NCBI RefSeq assembly: GCF_018350175.1
Contig: NC_058368.1
Coordinates: 218,056,001 to 218,120,000, forward strand
Origin: Felis catus
Lineage: Eukaryota
Length of the DNA: 64,000 nucleotides
Reading direction: 5' to 3'
Below, in pieces: positions 26,096-37,456 of this stretch. The translations under genes and the position numbers were made by a program. Numbering within the stretch: the first letter of the stretch is position 1; each line of letters begins with the position of its first letter. Below the pieces are notes generated by a model. The model saw only the letters and a program-made list of their open reading frames with translations, searched no databases and was not told the DNA's origin.

Positions 26096-26637
26096 GGGGT
26101 GGAGGGAAATGAGTGAATGAGACAAAAAGAACAAGGGTTTACATATGGACAAATATGTAATCACAAAGATTATCTTAAAAAGGAGAACTTAAGCAAATGT
26201 ATTTATTCTTAAACTTTATGCCACAGGTTACAAAACACTGTCCTGTTGACTTCTTTTTTTGGTCCACACGGATTTTTTTTTCTTTTTCTTTCTTTTTTTT
26301 TTTCCTTTTTGCAGAGGATGGAGCATGTTATTGCCAACTGATTTCATGTTATGAACACACACACAGAAAAACCTAGAGTTTTTTGGTTGTTTTTAAAGAA
26401 ACGTAAGATTTGGCCACATTTAACATCATTGCCAGTTGCTGAATTAGAGTTCACCCCTCAATTCTGCACATGTCCTACAATTCCCTATTGTCTTCTATTA
26501 TCTTCTCTTTGCTCAGTTATGTTAGCACTATGGATATTCACAGTTTTCATCCATACTCTGCAGAGAAACTGAGTTGTTGCAATTACCAATTATTTTTTAG
26601 AATACTAGTTATTGTAAGACATTTTGTAAGACACTAT

Positions 26638-27168
26638 TGTGATATTTCTCTACTGTTGTGTGACAAATTACCACACATTTAGTAGTTGAGAAAATCAGAT
26701 ATTATCTTATAGTTTGCATGGATCAGGAGGCCAGGCATGAGTTAGCAAGGTCCTCAGTTCAGGCTCTGAGCAAGTTAAAATCAAGGAACCAACTGGAGCT
26801 ATTGTCTCATCTCAGGCTCGGTACTCTTGCAAGCTCCCATGGTGTTGGCAGGAACCACTTACTCTGTGGCTGCAGAAGCAAGGCCCTAAGGGTGCAATTC
26901 TACATGTAGTTCACAACCTGGCCATTTGTGTCCCACCTCAAGTTTAACAGGAGACTCTCTCAGGACGCTTAATCTAAGATGTCAAAGGATTAGGTCAGTC
27001 CCACCCAGATTAATCTTCTATTTGATTACCAAAAAGTTAGCTGATTAGCAACCTAATCATAGGAGTGATACTTCATAATATTCACAAGTTCTGCCCACGC
27101 TCACGGGGAAGAATTATATAAAAGTGTGCGTCACAGGAGACCACTGTGGAATTCTGTCTACCTCAACA
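26638..27168 (-). mobile_element. MaLR solo LTR (MLT1E-like)
   Basis: ACAAATTACCACACATTTAG..GATTAGGTCAGTCCCACCCAG..ATAGGAGTGATA..GAATTCTGTCTACC. Confidence 0.82.
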
Positions 27169-27264
27169 TTTAACTGAAACTGTAAATCCTGGGCTGGATA
27201 TTATTAACAAGCTCCCAGATCTGTGAAACTTATAAACTTAAATCTTAAAAAAGAAATGTTGCTA

Positions 27265-27454
27265 GGGGTGCCTGGGTGGCTCATTCGGTTAAGCATCTGA
27301 CTTCGCTCAGGTCATGATGTTGCAGTTCGTGAGTTCAAGCCCCACGTCGGACTCTGTGCTGAGAGCTGAGAGCCCGGAGCAGGCTTCAGATTCTGTGTCT
27401 CCCTCTCTCTGTGCCCCTCCCCCGCTCATGCTGTCTCTGTCTCAAAAATAAACA

Positions 27455-27488
<34 letters not shown>
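27265..27488 (+). mobile_element. CanSINE with long pure A-tail
   Basis: Full element; TSD AAAAAAGAAATGTTGCT on both sides. Confidence 0.97.
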
Positions 27489-28826
27489 AAAAAAAGAAAT
27501 GTTGCTCTAAGCTTACTGTGTCTTTGAATAAACTTTTGGGTAAAAATATTTTCACACAGGAATCATTTGAAACTACAATAGGCATTGCCTCTGCTTTCCC
27601 AAACCTAAGTAAGATCATGAATCTATGTTACTGTACTGTACACGGGCCCATGTTTAGCATAGGATGGTTATACCCAAGGGAAGTTTAGTGTGTCACATAG
27701 AAGGGTATACGATATAAATATACAAGAATTGGCGATATTACATTTATCAAGTGCCCCAATCGAGACAATCTGGTTACTTGTAATACCACTATATTCCTTA
27801 CATATGTCATTTTCATGAGGTTTTGTACTACAAAAATTTACACACACACCCTGCTGCCTTATTTAATTTTCAGTGTAAATTTGTTTCTGCTTCTCACTAG
27901 GTGCAAAGATAGTTATCAGACAGTTTATCCAGAATACACAGAATTTTCCTTGAGAAGGAGCCTGAAGAAGGTTTTCTTTCTTTTATTTTTACAGATTCTA
28001 TCCCATCTCTTTACAAGTCAAACCGCCATGCTGTAAGTTCAAAGAATCACTTAGGTTAAGACTCATTTGACTCCGTACTTTTTAAAATATGGTTTTACCC
28101 TTGAACCACAAAAGAAATGTTATCACTGCTCTAATCCCAGAAAGGGTAAAAGATGAAGAATTTTAGTCCCTGCTAACAAACTGCTAATAACTCATCTCCC
28201 AAGAAATATTACTTTGGAATGATTTCCTTTTTAGATGTTTTCATTATTAGTATCAATACATTATTTCGAGGTAGGAGCAAACTGCCTGTTTCAATGCAGG
28301 ATGTGTAAAAAGAATGAGCTTTCTCAAGTGAATCTGTAAGCAAAGTACACGGTTAGGAATTATGGTTCCGAAAACCCTGCACTGAATTATGCTATGATAC
28401 AAAATGTGAAAAAATCATAACTCAGTTCTTGTTATGAAAATGAGATGTGCTAAGAATCTTAAAGGGAGAAAAATCTTTTCAAACTAATGTCTTACAGGTA
28501 TGGAGTTGATTTTTTTTCCCCTGTACTGAGACCCAAAACATTTGGCTACTTATATTTACCTCTCTAAATATACAAACTGAGAGTCTGAATGCCACAAATT
28601 TATAGTGATATTTAATATTATAATTATTAGCTACTATAATGTATATAAAGCTAACTTCACCATCTAATTTAGGACCATGCTGAAAATCCCACCTTATGTA
28701 TCATCGAGATTTTACTGGTTGGAAAGTATTTTTACACAAATGTTATTTTGTATATTCCTACTAATTCCATTTAGGTTAGAATATTTTGGAATGTCTTATT
28801 ATAAAGGGGGTGGGGCTCCTTGGTAC

Positions 28827-29643
28827 ATGCGGTGCAGATTTCCGAGAGGAAGTTTGTTGGTGATGGCATCTTCAAAGCTGAACAGAATGAGTTTCTCACT
28901 CGGAGCTGGCTGAAGATGGCGACTCCTGGGTTGGGGTCCGAGTTACATCAACCAGGACAGAAATCATTATCTTGGCCAACAGGACACAGGATGTTCTTGG
29001 GGAGAAGGACCTATGGATTCAAGAATTGACTGCTGTGGTTCGGCAGAGGTTTGGTTTCCCTGTAGAGTTTTTATGCAGTGTAGAGCTTTTATGCAGTGTA
29101 GAGCTTTATGTTGAAAGGTGGCCCCAAGAGGTCAGTGTGCTGACCCAGGCAGAGTCTCTGTGTTACAAACCCCTAGGAGGCCTCGCCGTGTGGAAGGGCT
29201 GCTGTGGCCCATGCTGCGGGTCATCAAGGAGAGTAGGGCCAAAGGCTGTGAGGTGCTGGTGTCCGGGAAACTCTGACAGAAAGCTAAACCCAAGAAGTTT
29301 GTGGATGGCCTGATGATTCACAGTGGGGGCTCCGTTAACTACTACACTGACACTGCTCAGACAGAGTGTCCTGGGCATCAAAGTGAAGATCATGCTTCCC
29401 TGGGACAAAAGTGGTAAGACTGGCCCTAAGAAGTCCCTGACAGATCATGTGAGCATTGTGGAAATCAAAGATGAGATACTTCCCACCACCCCCATCTCAG
29501 AACAGAAGGGTGGGAAGCCTGATCCGCCTACTAGGACACAGCCAGTACCAACTGCATAACAGGGTCGCCTCAGCAGCTGGATCTGGAGTCTGGATTTTGC
29601 TCTGCAAAGACCATTAATAAAATCTTTGTAAAAGAAAAAAAAA
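28827..29643 (+). pseudogene. RPS3: processed pseudogene of 40S ribosomal protein S3
   Basis: Intronless; the frames give [50 protein letters not shown], and [49 protein letters not shown], matching RPS3; frameshifts; stop at 29557-29559, AATAAA 29616-29621, A-tail to ~29643. Confidence 0.97.
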
Positions 29644-30409
29644 GTTACCGGAAATAAGGGGAAAAAAGATTTATTTAATGTTATTAAGATTAATTTTGTG
29701 GAAAACATTTCACCAAAAATGTTTTTGTGACATTTAACAGCAACTCTTAGTCTATTAGAGTTTGAGTGTCTAATTGTTGTTGTAGTTACAAAGCCCTATA
29801 TGTATTTGTACTGTTTCTCATATAATGACTATTGCTTTCCTAAGATGTACACCAGAACTGATTCTCATAGTTTCCTTTGATGCTCGGTCTCAGACATTGC
29901 CAATCAAATATTCCGTTCATACACAGAAACCATGTTTTAGTGTGTTTGGTGCTATGTTCATCTATCTGAAGCCACCATACTGGTTTTCAGCCAGTAACCC
30001 TGCAAGTAATTAGTATGACCCGAAGAAGCTATAGTATTGATGGGGATGGCAGCAAAATTGGTAATGTAGTTAGTGATGCCCCAATGCATTGATCTTGCTG
30101 TACATAATACTGGCTTCTAGATTTCTTGGAGACTCTGAAATTCCTAATATCATTTAAAATGGTTTTAAGTTTTAAGAAGTTTCTTTTCTGCTTTTATCTA
30201 ACCAGAGTGAATCCTGTTGTAGGTAACTGAGAACCTTAACTAATTGGAGTGTTTCTTAAATAATGTCTATAAGCATTTTTAAAATATGATGTCCATCTCT
30301 GAATATTTTTCTCTCTCCATTTCATCATTTCATATTTACAAAATATGTGTATATATATATTATAAATACATGTGTGTGGACCTATACATGCTTACATGTA
30401 TAATTTCAA

Positions 30410-30582
30410 TTGCCTGTTGCTTTCACAACAATTCAATGTGAACCTGGCATCTAAAAACAACACAAACGTATTATCTTACAGTTTACAGTTCAGAAGACCC
30501 AAGTGGTTCGCCTGGGTACTCTGCTTAGGGTCCCACAAAGATACAATCAAGATATTGGTAGGTCTTTGATCTTTTCTGTAGG
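30410..30582 (-). mobile_element. MaLR LTR fragment (MLT1D/E-like)
   Basis: AAAACAACACAAACGTATTATCTTACAGTT..CTCTGCTTAGGGTCCCACAA..AATCAAGATATTGG. Confidence 0.7.
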
Positions 30583-30589
30583 TGGACCC

Positions 30590-31733
30590 TCTACCTGAAC
30601 CAATCACCATGGGCTCTAAGCCTCTTTTGTCAGTTCGGTGGCTGATAGGGAAGTTAGCAAGATTTTTGGTCTACAGTGCTTGTACTAACAAAATTTGATA
30701 AGACCCAAGTGGGTCTTAGCATTTGCCATATTTGGTTGAAATAATGGCTAATACTTGAAGGGTTTGGAGCTCTGAATCTCAAACCAATGAAAGCACCAAG
30801 ACCAGTAATAACAAGACTGACAGTAAACAGAAGGGTGTGCAGCTGCACCTGACAGGTGTTTGTCGCCTAATGTTGATTTTTCTCCAGCGTGTACTATTAC
30901 CAAGGAAGAGCTGTCTGGTTTTATAATTTGGGATATGGTATTGATTTTATTATTACTTCTGAATGTGATTTTCATTTATGAAGCAAGCTTTTTTAATCCC
31001 CCTTTTGGTAGTTTACACTCTACTTTCCTGTAGAGGATTTGAGGGAAAGACTGGACTAAGTAACCACTCCTTATAACCTAAATACTAAGGAGGGTTTTTA
31101 GGTGGTAGAAGCTTAGGTTCACATGGGTTCAATACTAGAGGGACAGCCTATGTATAACAGGACTCAGGAGAGAATGCACCTTTGATTTGACCTCCAGCCC
31201 AAAGTGGAACAGAAGCAGGTTGAAAAAATCCATAAGTATAGAGACAGATGTTATTAAATAACCTCATATATAATTAGTCTCTATGCACATGGCAGAGAGA
31301 CATGTCCCCCTTTTAAACAGCAAAGGGAATGTATTTTTATAGTTGGTGTGAGATAGAAGTCAGCCAAGAGGCCTTGAATTAAGAGCGATTAAGGCCTTGA
31401 GCAAGATAGAGAATTCTTCTGGGCAAGTTAGGAATTCCCTTTGTCAGACTGGAGTATAAATAGGAGTCTCTAATGTGTCTCTATTAAACTGGCTGTCTAG
31501 TACCTACTGGAGAGATGAACATTCTCTTGCATGCCTTTTAAAGAGTACCGCATTGTGTATTCAGAGAAGTGACATGTGTTCCTTGGTTTCTGTTAGCAAT
31601 GTCTGAAACTCCAAGGGGACAAGGAGTGTCCTATGAGACTTTATATTGTGACCTTAGACTATGTAGAGATATGCCAACTTGATTGATCGTTTCCATAAAT
31701 CTGTGGAGCAAGAGATTCCCAGACATTGTGTGT

Positions 31734-31782
<49 letters not shown>

Positions 31783-34590
31783 GTTTTTAATCCTAAAGGG
31801 GACAACTTTTAGGCAATGGCCCTAAACTTTGTAAAAAAAATGTGCAGATGGGGTGATTTTCTGGCATCCAGTACTAAAATATCACTCTGAAGTTTGGCCT
31901 ATTGTGCTCACCTTGAGTCCCATTTTTATTTGGGACATCGTTACTAGGGATGGAAAGCATTTCACTTAGCTCCAGCAATTTTCTGATGGTGGCAATGCCA
32001 TTCATATATTCTATGGATTCCCACTCCCACTGACTCAGTTAATCCCTAGAGATGCCCCTGGTAGCCAAGGGGTCTTAAGGAGGGATGACCCCCTCCAGCA
32101 CTTAATGTCTTGTGTCTTGTCAAAGACTGAGAAGAGGGGAGACCATCCCCTCCTGCATGTGGAAAATGAAAAGGGCTGAAGTTTGGCTCCACCCTGAATC
32201 AAAGAAGCCATTGCAGTCTTGCTGAGCTTATGTGGTTCTAATTCCATGGAACTAACTGCAATGGGAAGCTGGGTACACTGGCTTAAGAATCTGTAAGAGT
32301 CTTTATTCTCAAAAGATCCTAGTACATGACCAGCAATTTTCACTTAAAGGTATATAATACTGGGTTGAGAAAGGTAATCTCTGGAGTCAGAAACCCATCA
32401 ACAATATATGGTCATCACAGATGGTCCAGAGATTCCAGGGAATGTGGCAAGAGGTTGTTAAAGACTCTGCAGTCAGGGCGTTTCTGGGGGAACTAATGGG
32501 AATGCCTATTGATTTTGATGTGCACAGATTTTACAGCCTTTGTTGGAGAGAACTCCATTTATAATGGATTTATAAGTAGCAACATCAGTGAGATTAAGTA
32601 AAATTTGTAAGTGAGGAATATGTTACCTCCAGAACTCAAAAATGACTAAAAGATACTGGACATGTGAATCCTTAATGAGTGTCAAATGAAACTTTTGGGA
32701 AGAGGATGTCATCAATGCAATGTCACCTCTGTGCTCTTGGAAAAAGTTGGAAGCAGTTGAAATCTTCACTGAAAAAAACTGTGTGCAATGGCAAGGCTGC
32801 TTAGGCAACCCATGGGCAGCCTAAAAATTATATACTGTATCCTCTTGGAGGTGAAGGCAAACTGCAGCTGAGAGGCTGTTAAAATAGAACTAATCAGAAT
32901 GTATCAGCTAAATCTATACTAACAAAATATTTACTGGCTGTTGACTGGATGAAGTTAGTAACTTCAGTAATACTGGGTATTGGGTTTGGAGACCTTAATG
33001 ATTGGGACCACAGCATTAAGCCTGCAGTATGGGACTGTGAGACACCATTCATCTTTTTAGGCTTAAGAATAGACAAAATTAGACTGTCAAGTGGTGAAGC
33101 AGTGAAGACAATCACCTATTCATTAATTCATAATTAATGAATTAATTCATAATTCATAATTACAATGTATACTAATACATTTTAATACTTAGAGGTCCTA
33201 TTTTAACTTACATTGAACCATCTTAACCAACTTAAATGTGGGTGTCCACAGAGTCTTATTTGGGTAAGCCAATTTATAATTGCCAAAGGCTCAACTTAAT
33301 TTCAGTTTGGTATTCATTGTGCCAGACTCTTCATACCCATTATGGAATATTATAGGGCAATGGGTATTATGACTTTGGAAAATTTAGGCAAATCTATAAA
33401 GTGAGGTATACTGAGTTTTCTCTATCATATTTAATTATTATTTAATCCTCAAATTATTAGTTATCATGTTTAAATTCAGTAGGATCCCCAAGTATACCTG
33501 TAATTTGAACCCCAGTATTGATCAATCCATGAAGTTTTATCAATTGGTGAATTTTAGCACATGCCAAATGTAATTTAGAACCTGTGATGCAGAGGTCCAA
33601 AAGCCAATCAGTGTCCTTTTTATCTTTATGTTACATAAATTATTTTAGTAAATTTTGGATTTCCAATTCGGTCAAATTATAATTTATTCTTAATTTTTAA
33701 AATATCCCCCACCTGTATCTAGGTTTTTATGTGCTTTTTGTTTCTTGTTTGTTTGTTTTTAATAACTCCTTATGCAGAATTTCTAGGTGGTTATAGGAAA
33801 GGAGCAGGGAGGGAGGAGTCCAGGTGTCTCTCTCATTCTAAAGCTTTCCAATCCAGCTTCCATTAAAACTTGCACTTAGAGAACTAGAGCATGCTCCTTT
33901 TAGGACAGCACAGATAGCCCCCTGGTCTGAGTTCTCAGTGCCTTGGTATGTTAATGTGGAGAAGCACTCACTAAGGTTCAAGCACCTTAGCTAGGGACCT
34001 TGCATTGTCATGCAACTGGGTAACTTTGGCAGGTGTTGGGTTTGGGATGGGAGATGCAAGAATGAGGTATTTCCCTTGCTCCAGAGATCCCTTTTGGATT
34101 AAACATTGGGCCACTGGGCTTTAAGGGTGTAATTCACAGTACTCCTGAGGATCTGGAGATCCTGTATTTTGCTGGTGACAGCAGCTGGCTATGTGGTAGC
34201 AAAGAAGAAAGTAGCTGCTACCCCTACTTAAGTGTCACCACCAGTGATAGCAGGGTGCTATTTCACTACCATGGGGTAGCCCAACCAACACCTTCTTCTA
34301 AAGGGGTTGCCAGAAACAAATGGATAAACCAGGGTTCTGTCTCAAATAATAAGAAAGAAATATCAAAGTGAAAGACATAAGGAATCCTGGAATAGCCTGC
34401 TATGAAAATATAGGCTGTGACCAAAACCCACTGGAATGCAAAATCTGGAAAATGTGGTTCAAGCGGCTCATCACTCCTCCTGTGTTAAGGAAAACCCATC
34501 TGGGTAAGTGTCTAGCTGCTGGAGTTTACACATTAGAGCTAGCCTCCAACAGGATACGGACGAATCAGTGGTCATGGCCACACCATTCTG
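30590..34590 (-). mobile_element. decayed class III (ERV-L-like) provirus internal region, gag-pro-pol
   Basis: Minus-strand remnants: protease GLINTGVQITGILGDP (33481-33528), RT SP..S.I..ILKP..KYFVSIDLADTF (32894-33115) and HCIDDIL (32702-32722), integrase core GVSDIANRNQGTHVTS..ASLIE (~31480-31620). Confidence 0.88.
31728..31781. repeat. (GT)n microsatellite
   Basis: Direct reading. Confidence 0.98.
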
Positions 34591-35306
34591 CTCACAGTAT
34601 CAATGTTCTATAAGCTTTAGAGATGGGGCGCCTGGGTGGCTCAGTCAGTTAAGCATCTGACTTCGGCTCAGGTCATGATCTCACAGTCCGTGAGTTTGAG
34701 CCCTGTGTCGGGCTCTCTGCTAACAGCTCAGAGCCTGGAGCCTGTTTCAGATTCTGTGTCTCCCTCTCTCTGACCCTCCCCCATTCATGCTCTGTCTCTC
34801 TCTGTCTCAAAAATAAATAAACATTAAAAAAAAATTTTATAAGCTTTAAAGATTCTTTTGATGGTGTGACACAACACACAAACACTCAAAAGTACACAAG
34901 GGGCAAAATTCTGTTATTTAGCTCCAAGGAGAGAAGACAGCTAGGCAGGGCCACATAGGGAGCTGAACCTGCGACAGGGGAACAGAAATCTGGAGCTTAG
35001 GGGGCAATTTATACAGAGTGAGTAGGGTGGGATTAGCTAGGTTTGGTCCTAGGTCTCTATGGATTGGCTAATTTAAATAATGTTGTGGATTCCTGGGCAT
35101 AAGGCCTAACCCCAGTTGTTTAGTACCAGGTCCTGGGGTAATGAGGGTGGGTGCATAGTGGCCTGCAGCATGAGAATCAGTAAGGGAAGTGGCTGTGTTA
35201 ATTAAATCTTAACTGCTCAAAAAGGAAAACTAACAGGGCCTCCAGCTGGGTCAAGATAGCACGAAAACAAACAAACAAAACAAAATAAATGGAAGGCTAT
35301 ATTACA
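34590..35306 (-). mobile_element. ERVL-class LTR (MER54/73/74-like), probable 5' LTR of the adjacent provirus
   Basis: GGATTGGCTAATTTAAATAAT..GGGCATAAGG..AGTTGTTTAGTACCAGGTCCTGGGGTAAT..ATAGTGGCC resembles that LTR group; interrupted by a SINE. Confidence 0.65.
34625..34837 (+). mobile_element. CanSINE
   Basis: TSD TATAAGCTTTAGAGAT / TATAAGCTTTAAAGAT. Confidence 0.97.
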
Positions 35307-35476
35307 AGGGCACCTGGGTGACTCAGTCAGTTAAGCGTCTAACTTCATCTCAGGTCATGATTTCAAGGCTTATGAGTTTGAGCCCTGTGTTGGGCTCTGT
35401 GCTGACAGCTTAGAGGCTGGAATCTGCTTCAGATTCTGTGTTTCCCTCTCTCTCTCTCTGCCTGTTCCCCACTCAG

Positions 35477-35520
<44 letters not shown>

Positions 35521-35542
35521 CTTCAAAAATAAATAAATATGA
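35307..35542 (+). mobile_element. CanSINE whose tail is interrupted by an L1
   Basis: Head, (CT)n, AATAAA; the rest of the tail resumes at ~36244. Confidence 0.95.
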
Positions 35543-35977
35543 GTGGGAGAGAGCCAAAGCATAAGAGACTCTTAAAAACTGAGAACATGGGGCGCCTGGG
35601 TGGCGCAGTCGGTTAAGTGTCCGACTTCAACCAGGTCACGATCTCGCGGTCCGTGAGTTCGAGCCCCGTGTCAGGCTCTGGGCTGATGGCTCGGAGACTG
35701 CAGCCTGCTTCCGATTCTGTGTCTCCCTCTCTCTCTGCCCCTCCCCCGTTCATGCTCTGCCTCTCTCTGTCCCAAAAATAAATAAACGTTGAAAAAAAAA
35801 AGTTTAAAAAAAAAAAACTAAGAACAAACTGAGGGTTGATGGGGGGTGGGAGGGAGGGGAGGGTAGGCGATGGGCATTGAATAGGGAATCTTTTGGGATG
35901 AACACTGGGTGTTGTATGGAAACCAACTTGACAATAAATTTCATATATTAAAATAATAATAATAATAATAATAATAA
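35543..35977 (+). mobile_element. 5'-truncated felid L1 3' end
   Basis: CATAAGAGACTCTTAAAAACTGAGAACAAACTGAGGGTTGATGGGG..GAAACCAACTTGACAATAAATT, (AAT)n tail; contains a SINE. Confidence 0.94.
35589..35812 (+). mobile_element. CanSINE, young SINEC_Fc-type, nested in L1
   Basis: CpG-rich body; TSD AAAAACTGAGAACA / AAAAACTAAGAACA. Confidence 0.97.
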
Positions 35978-36498
35978 AAGCTGGTAATGCTCAGTAAAAA
36001 AATAATAATAATTGCTTGAGAATAAATATGAGGTAAGAAAATGTACTGGACAGGCCGCTATTCACCTCCACGAAGGGCCGCTTTTTGCAGAATGTTGGCA
36101 GGAATGATACTCTGAGGGCAATACCCGTATATTAATCATACATGGAGTACCAGCAACCAATTCAATGCCTCGCTCAGAGATGTGCATGGAATAAATGAAT
36201 GGATATTTTAATTTTAAAAAAAACAAAACAAAAATAAATATGAAAAAAATTTTAAGTCTCTATTAGTTACAAAAATGTCTTGAAAATAAAAGGTTTTTGG
36301 TAGGGTACAGCTATACACATAATTACAAAACTTTAACAAACAGTATTGCTCCACTGGGAGATGGGGTATTTGACAGAAAATCATAAGGGGTTTAGATAAA
36401 AGAGAACGATTGGGAAAATTATAGGTTTTTCACCTAGAAGTCATGGTATAATGCAATGGCTCAAATGCCTGAAAGTTACTTTAAGAACCTGGTAAATA

Positions 36499-36737
36499 AG
36501 TGTTGGTGGGGATGCAAACTGGTGCAGCTGCTCTGAAGAACAGTGTGGAGGATCCTCAAAAAATTAAAAATAAAACTACCTTATGACACAGCAATTGCAC
36601 TACTAGGTATCCAAAGGCTACAGGAGTGCTGATTCGAAGGGGCACATGCACCTCAATGTTTATAGCAGCCTTATTGACAATAGCCAAAGTATGGAAAGAG
36701 CCCTGGTGTGTATATATATGTATACATATATATATAC

Positions 36738-36782
<45 letters not shown>

Positions 36783-37201
36783 GGAATATTACTCAACCAT
36801 CAAAAAGAATGAAATCTTGCCACTTGTAACAATGGGATGGAACTAGAGTGTATTAAGCTAAGCAAAATAAGTCAGTCAGAGAAACATAAATATCATATGA
36901 CTTCACTCATATGTGGAATTTAAGATACAAAACAGATGAACATAAAGGAAGGGAAGCAAAAATAATATAAAAACAGAGAAGGAGACAAACCACAAGAGAC
37001 TCCTAAACACAGAGAACAAACTGAGGGTTGATGGAGGGATTTTGCGTGAGGAAAATGGGCTAAATGGGCAAGGGGCATTAAGGAAGACACTTGTTGGGAT
37101 GAGCGCTGGGTGTTATACTTAAGTGATGAATCATTAAATTCTATTCTTGAAATCATTCTGACACTATATGTTAACTAACTTGGATGTAAATTAAAAAAAA
37201 A
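36499..37201 (+). mobile_element. carnivore L1 3' fragment
   Basis: GGGATGCAAACTGGTGCAG..ATGGAATATTACTCA..3'UTR and A-tail; degenerate TSD CTGGTAAATAA / CTGCTAAATAA; internal (TA)/(TG) microsatellite. Confidence 0.95.
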
Positions 37202-37237
37202 TCTGCTAAATAAATCATGGTTTCAACACTCACCTAT

Positions 37238-37456
37238 AGGGGTGCCTGGGTGGCTCAGTCAGTTAAACAACCTACTTCAGCTCAGTTCATGATCTCGCAG
37301 TTGGTGAGTTCAAGCCTTGTGTCACTCTGTGCTGACAGCTCAGAGCCTGGAGCCTGCTCCAGATTCTGTGTCTCCCTCTCTCTCTCTGCCCCTCCCCTGC
37401 TCGCATTCCATCTCTCTCTCGCCCTCAAAAATGAAGAAACTTCAAACAGATTTTAA
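37238..37456 (+). mobile_element. CanSINE
   Basis: TSD TCACCTATAG on both sides. Confidence 0.95.

Noticed and set aside
28972..29559. RPS3-like ORFs as a functional retrogene
   Set aside because: Frameshift right after the ATG, multiple further indels, an internal triplication and a deletion.
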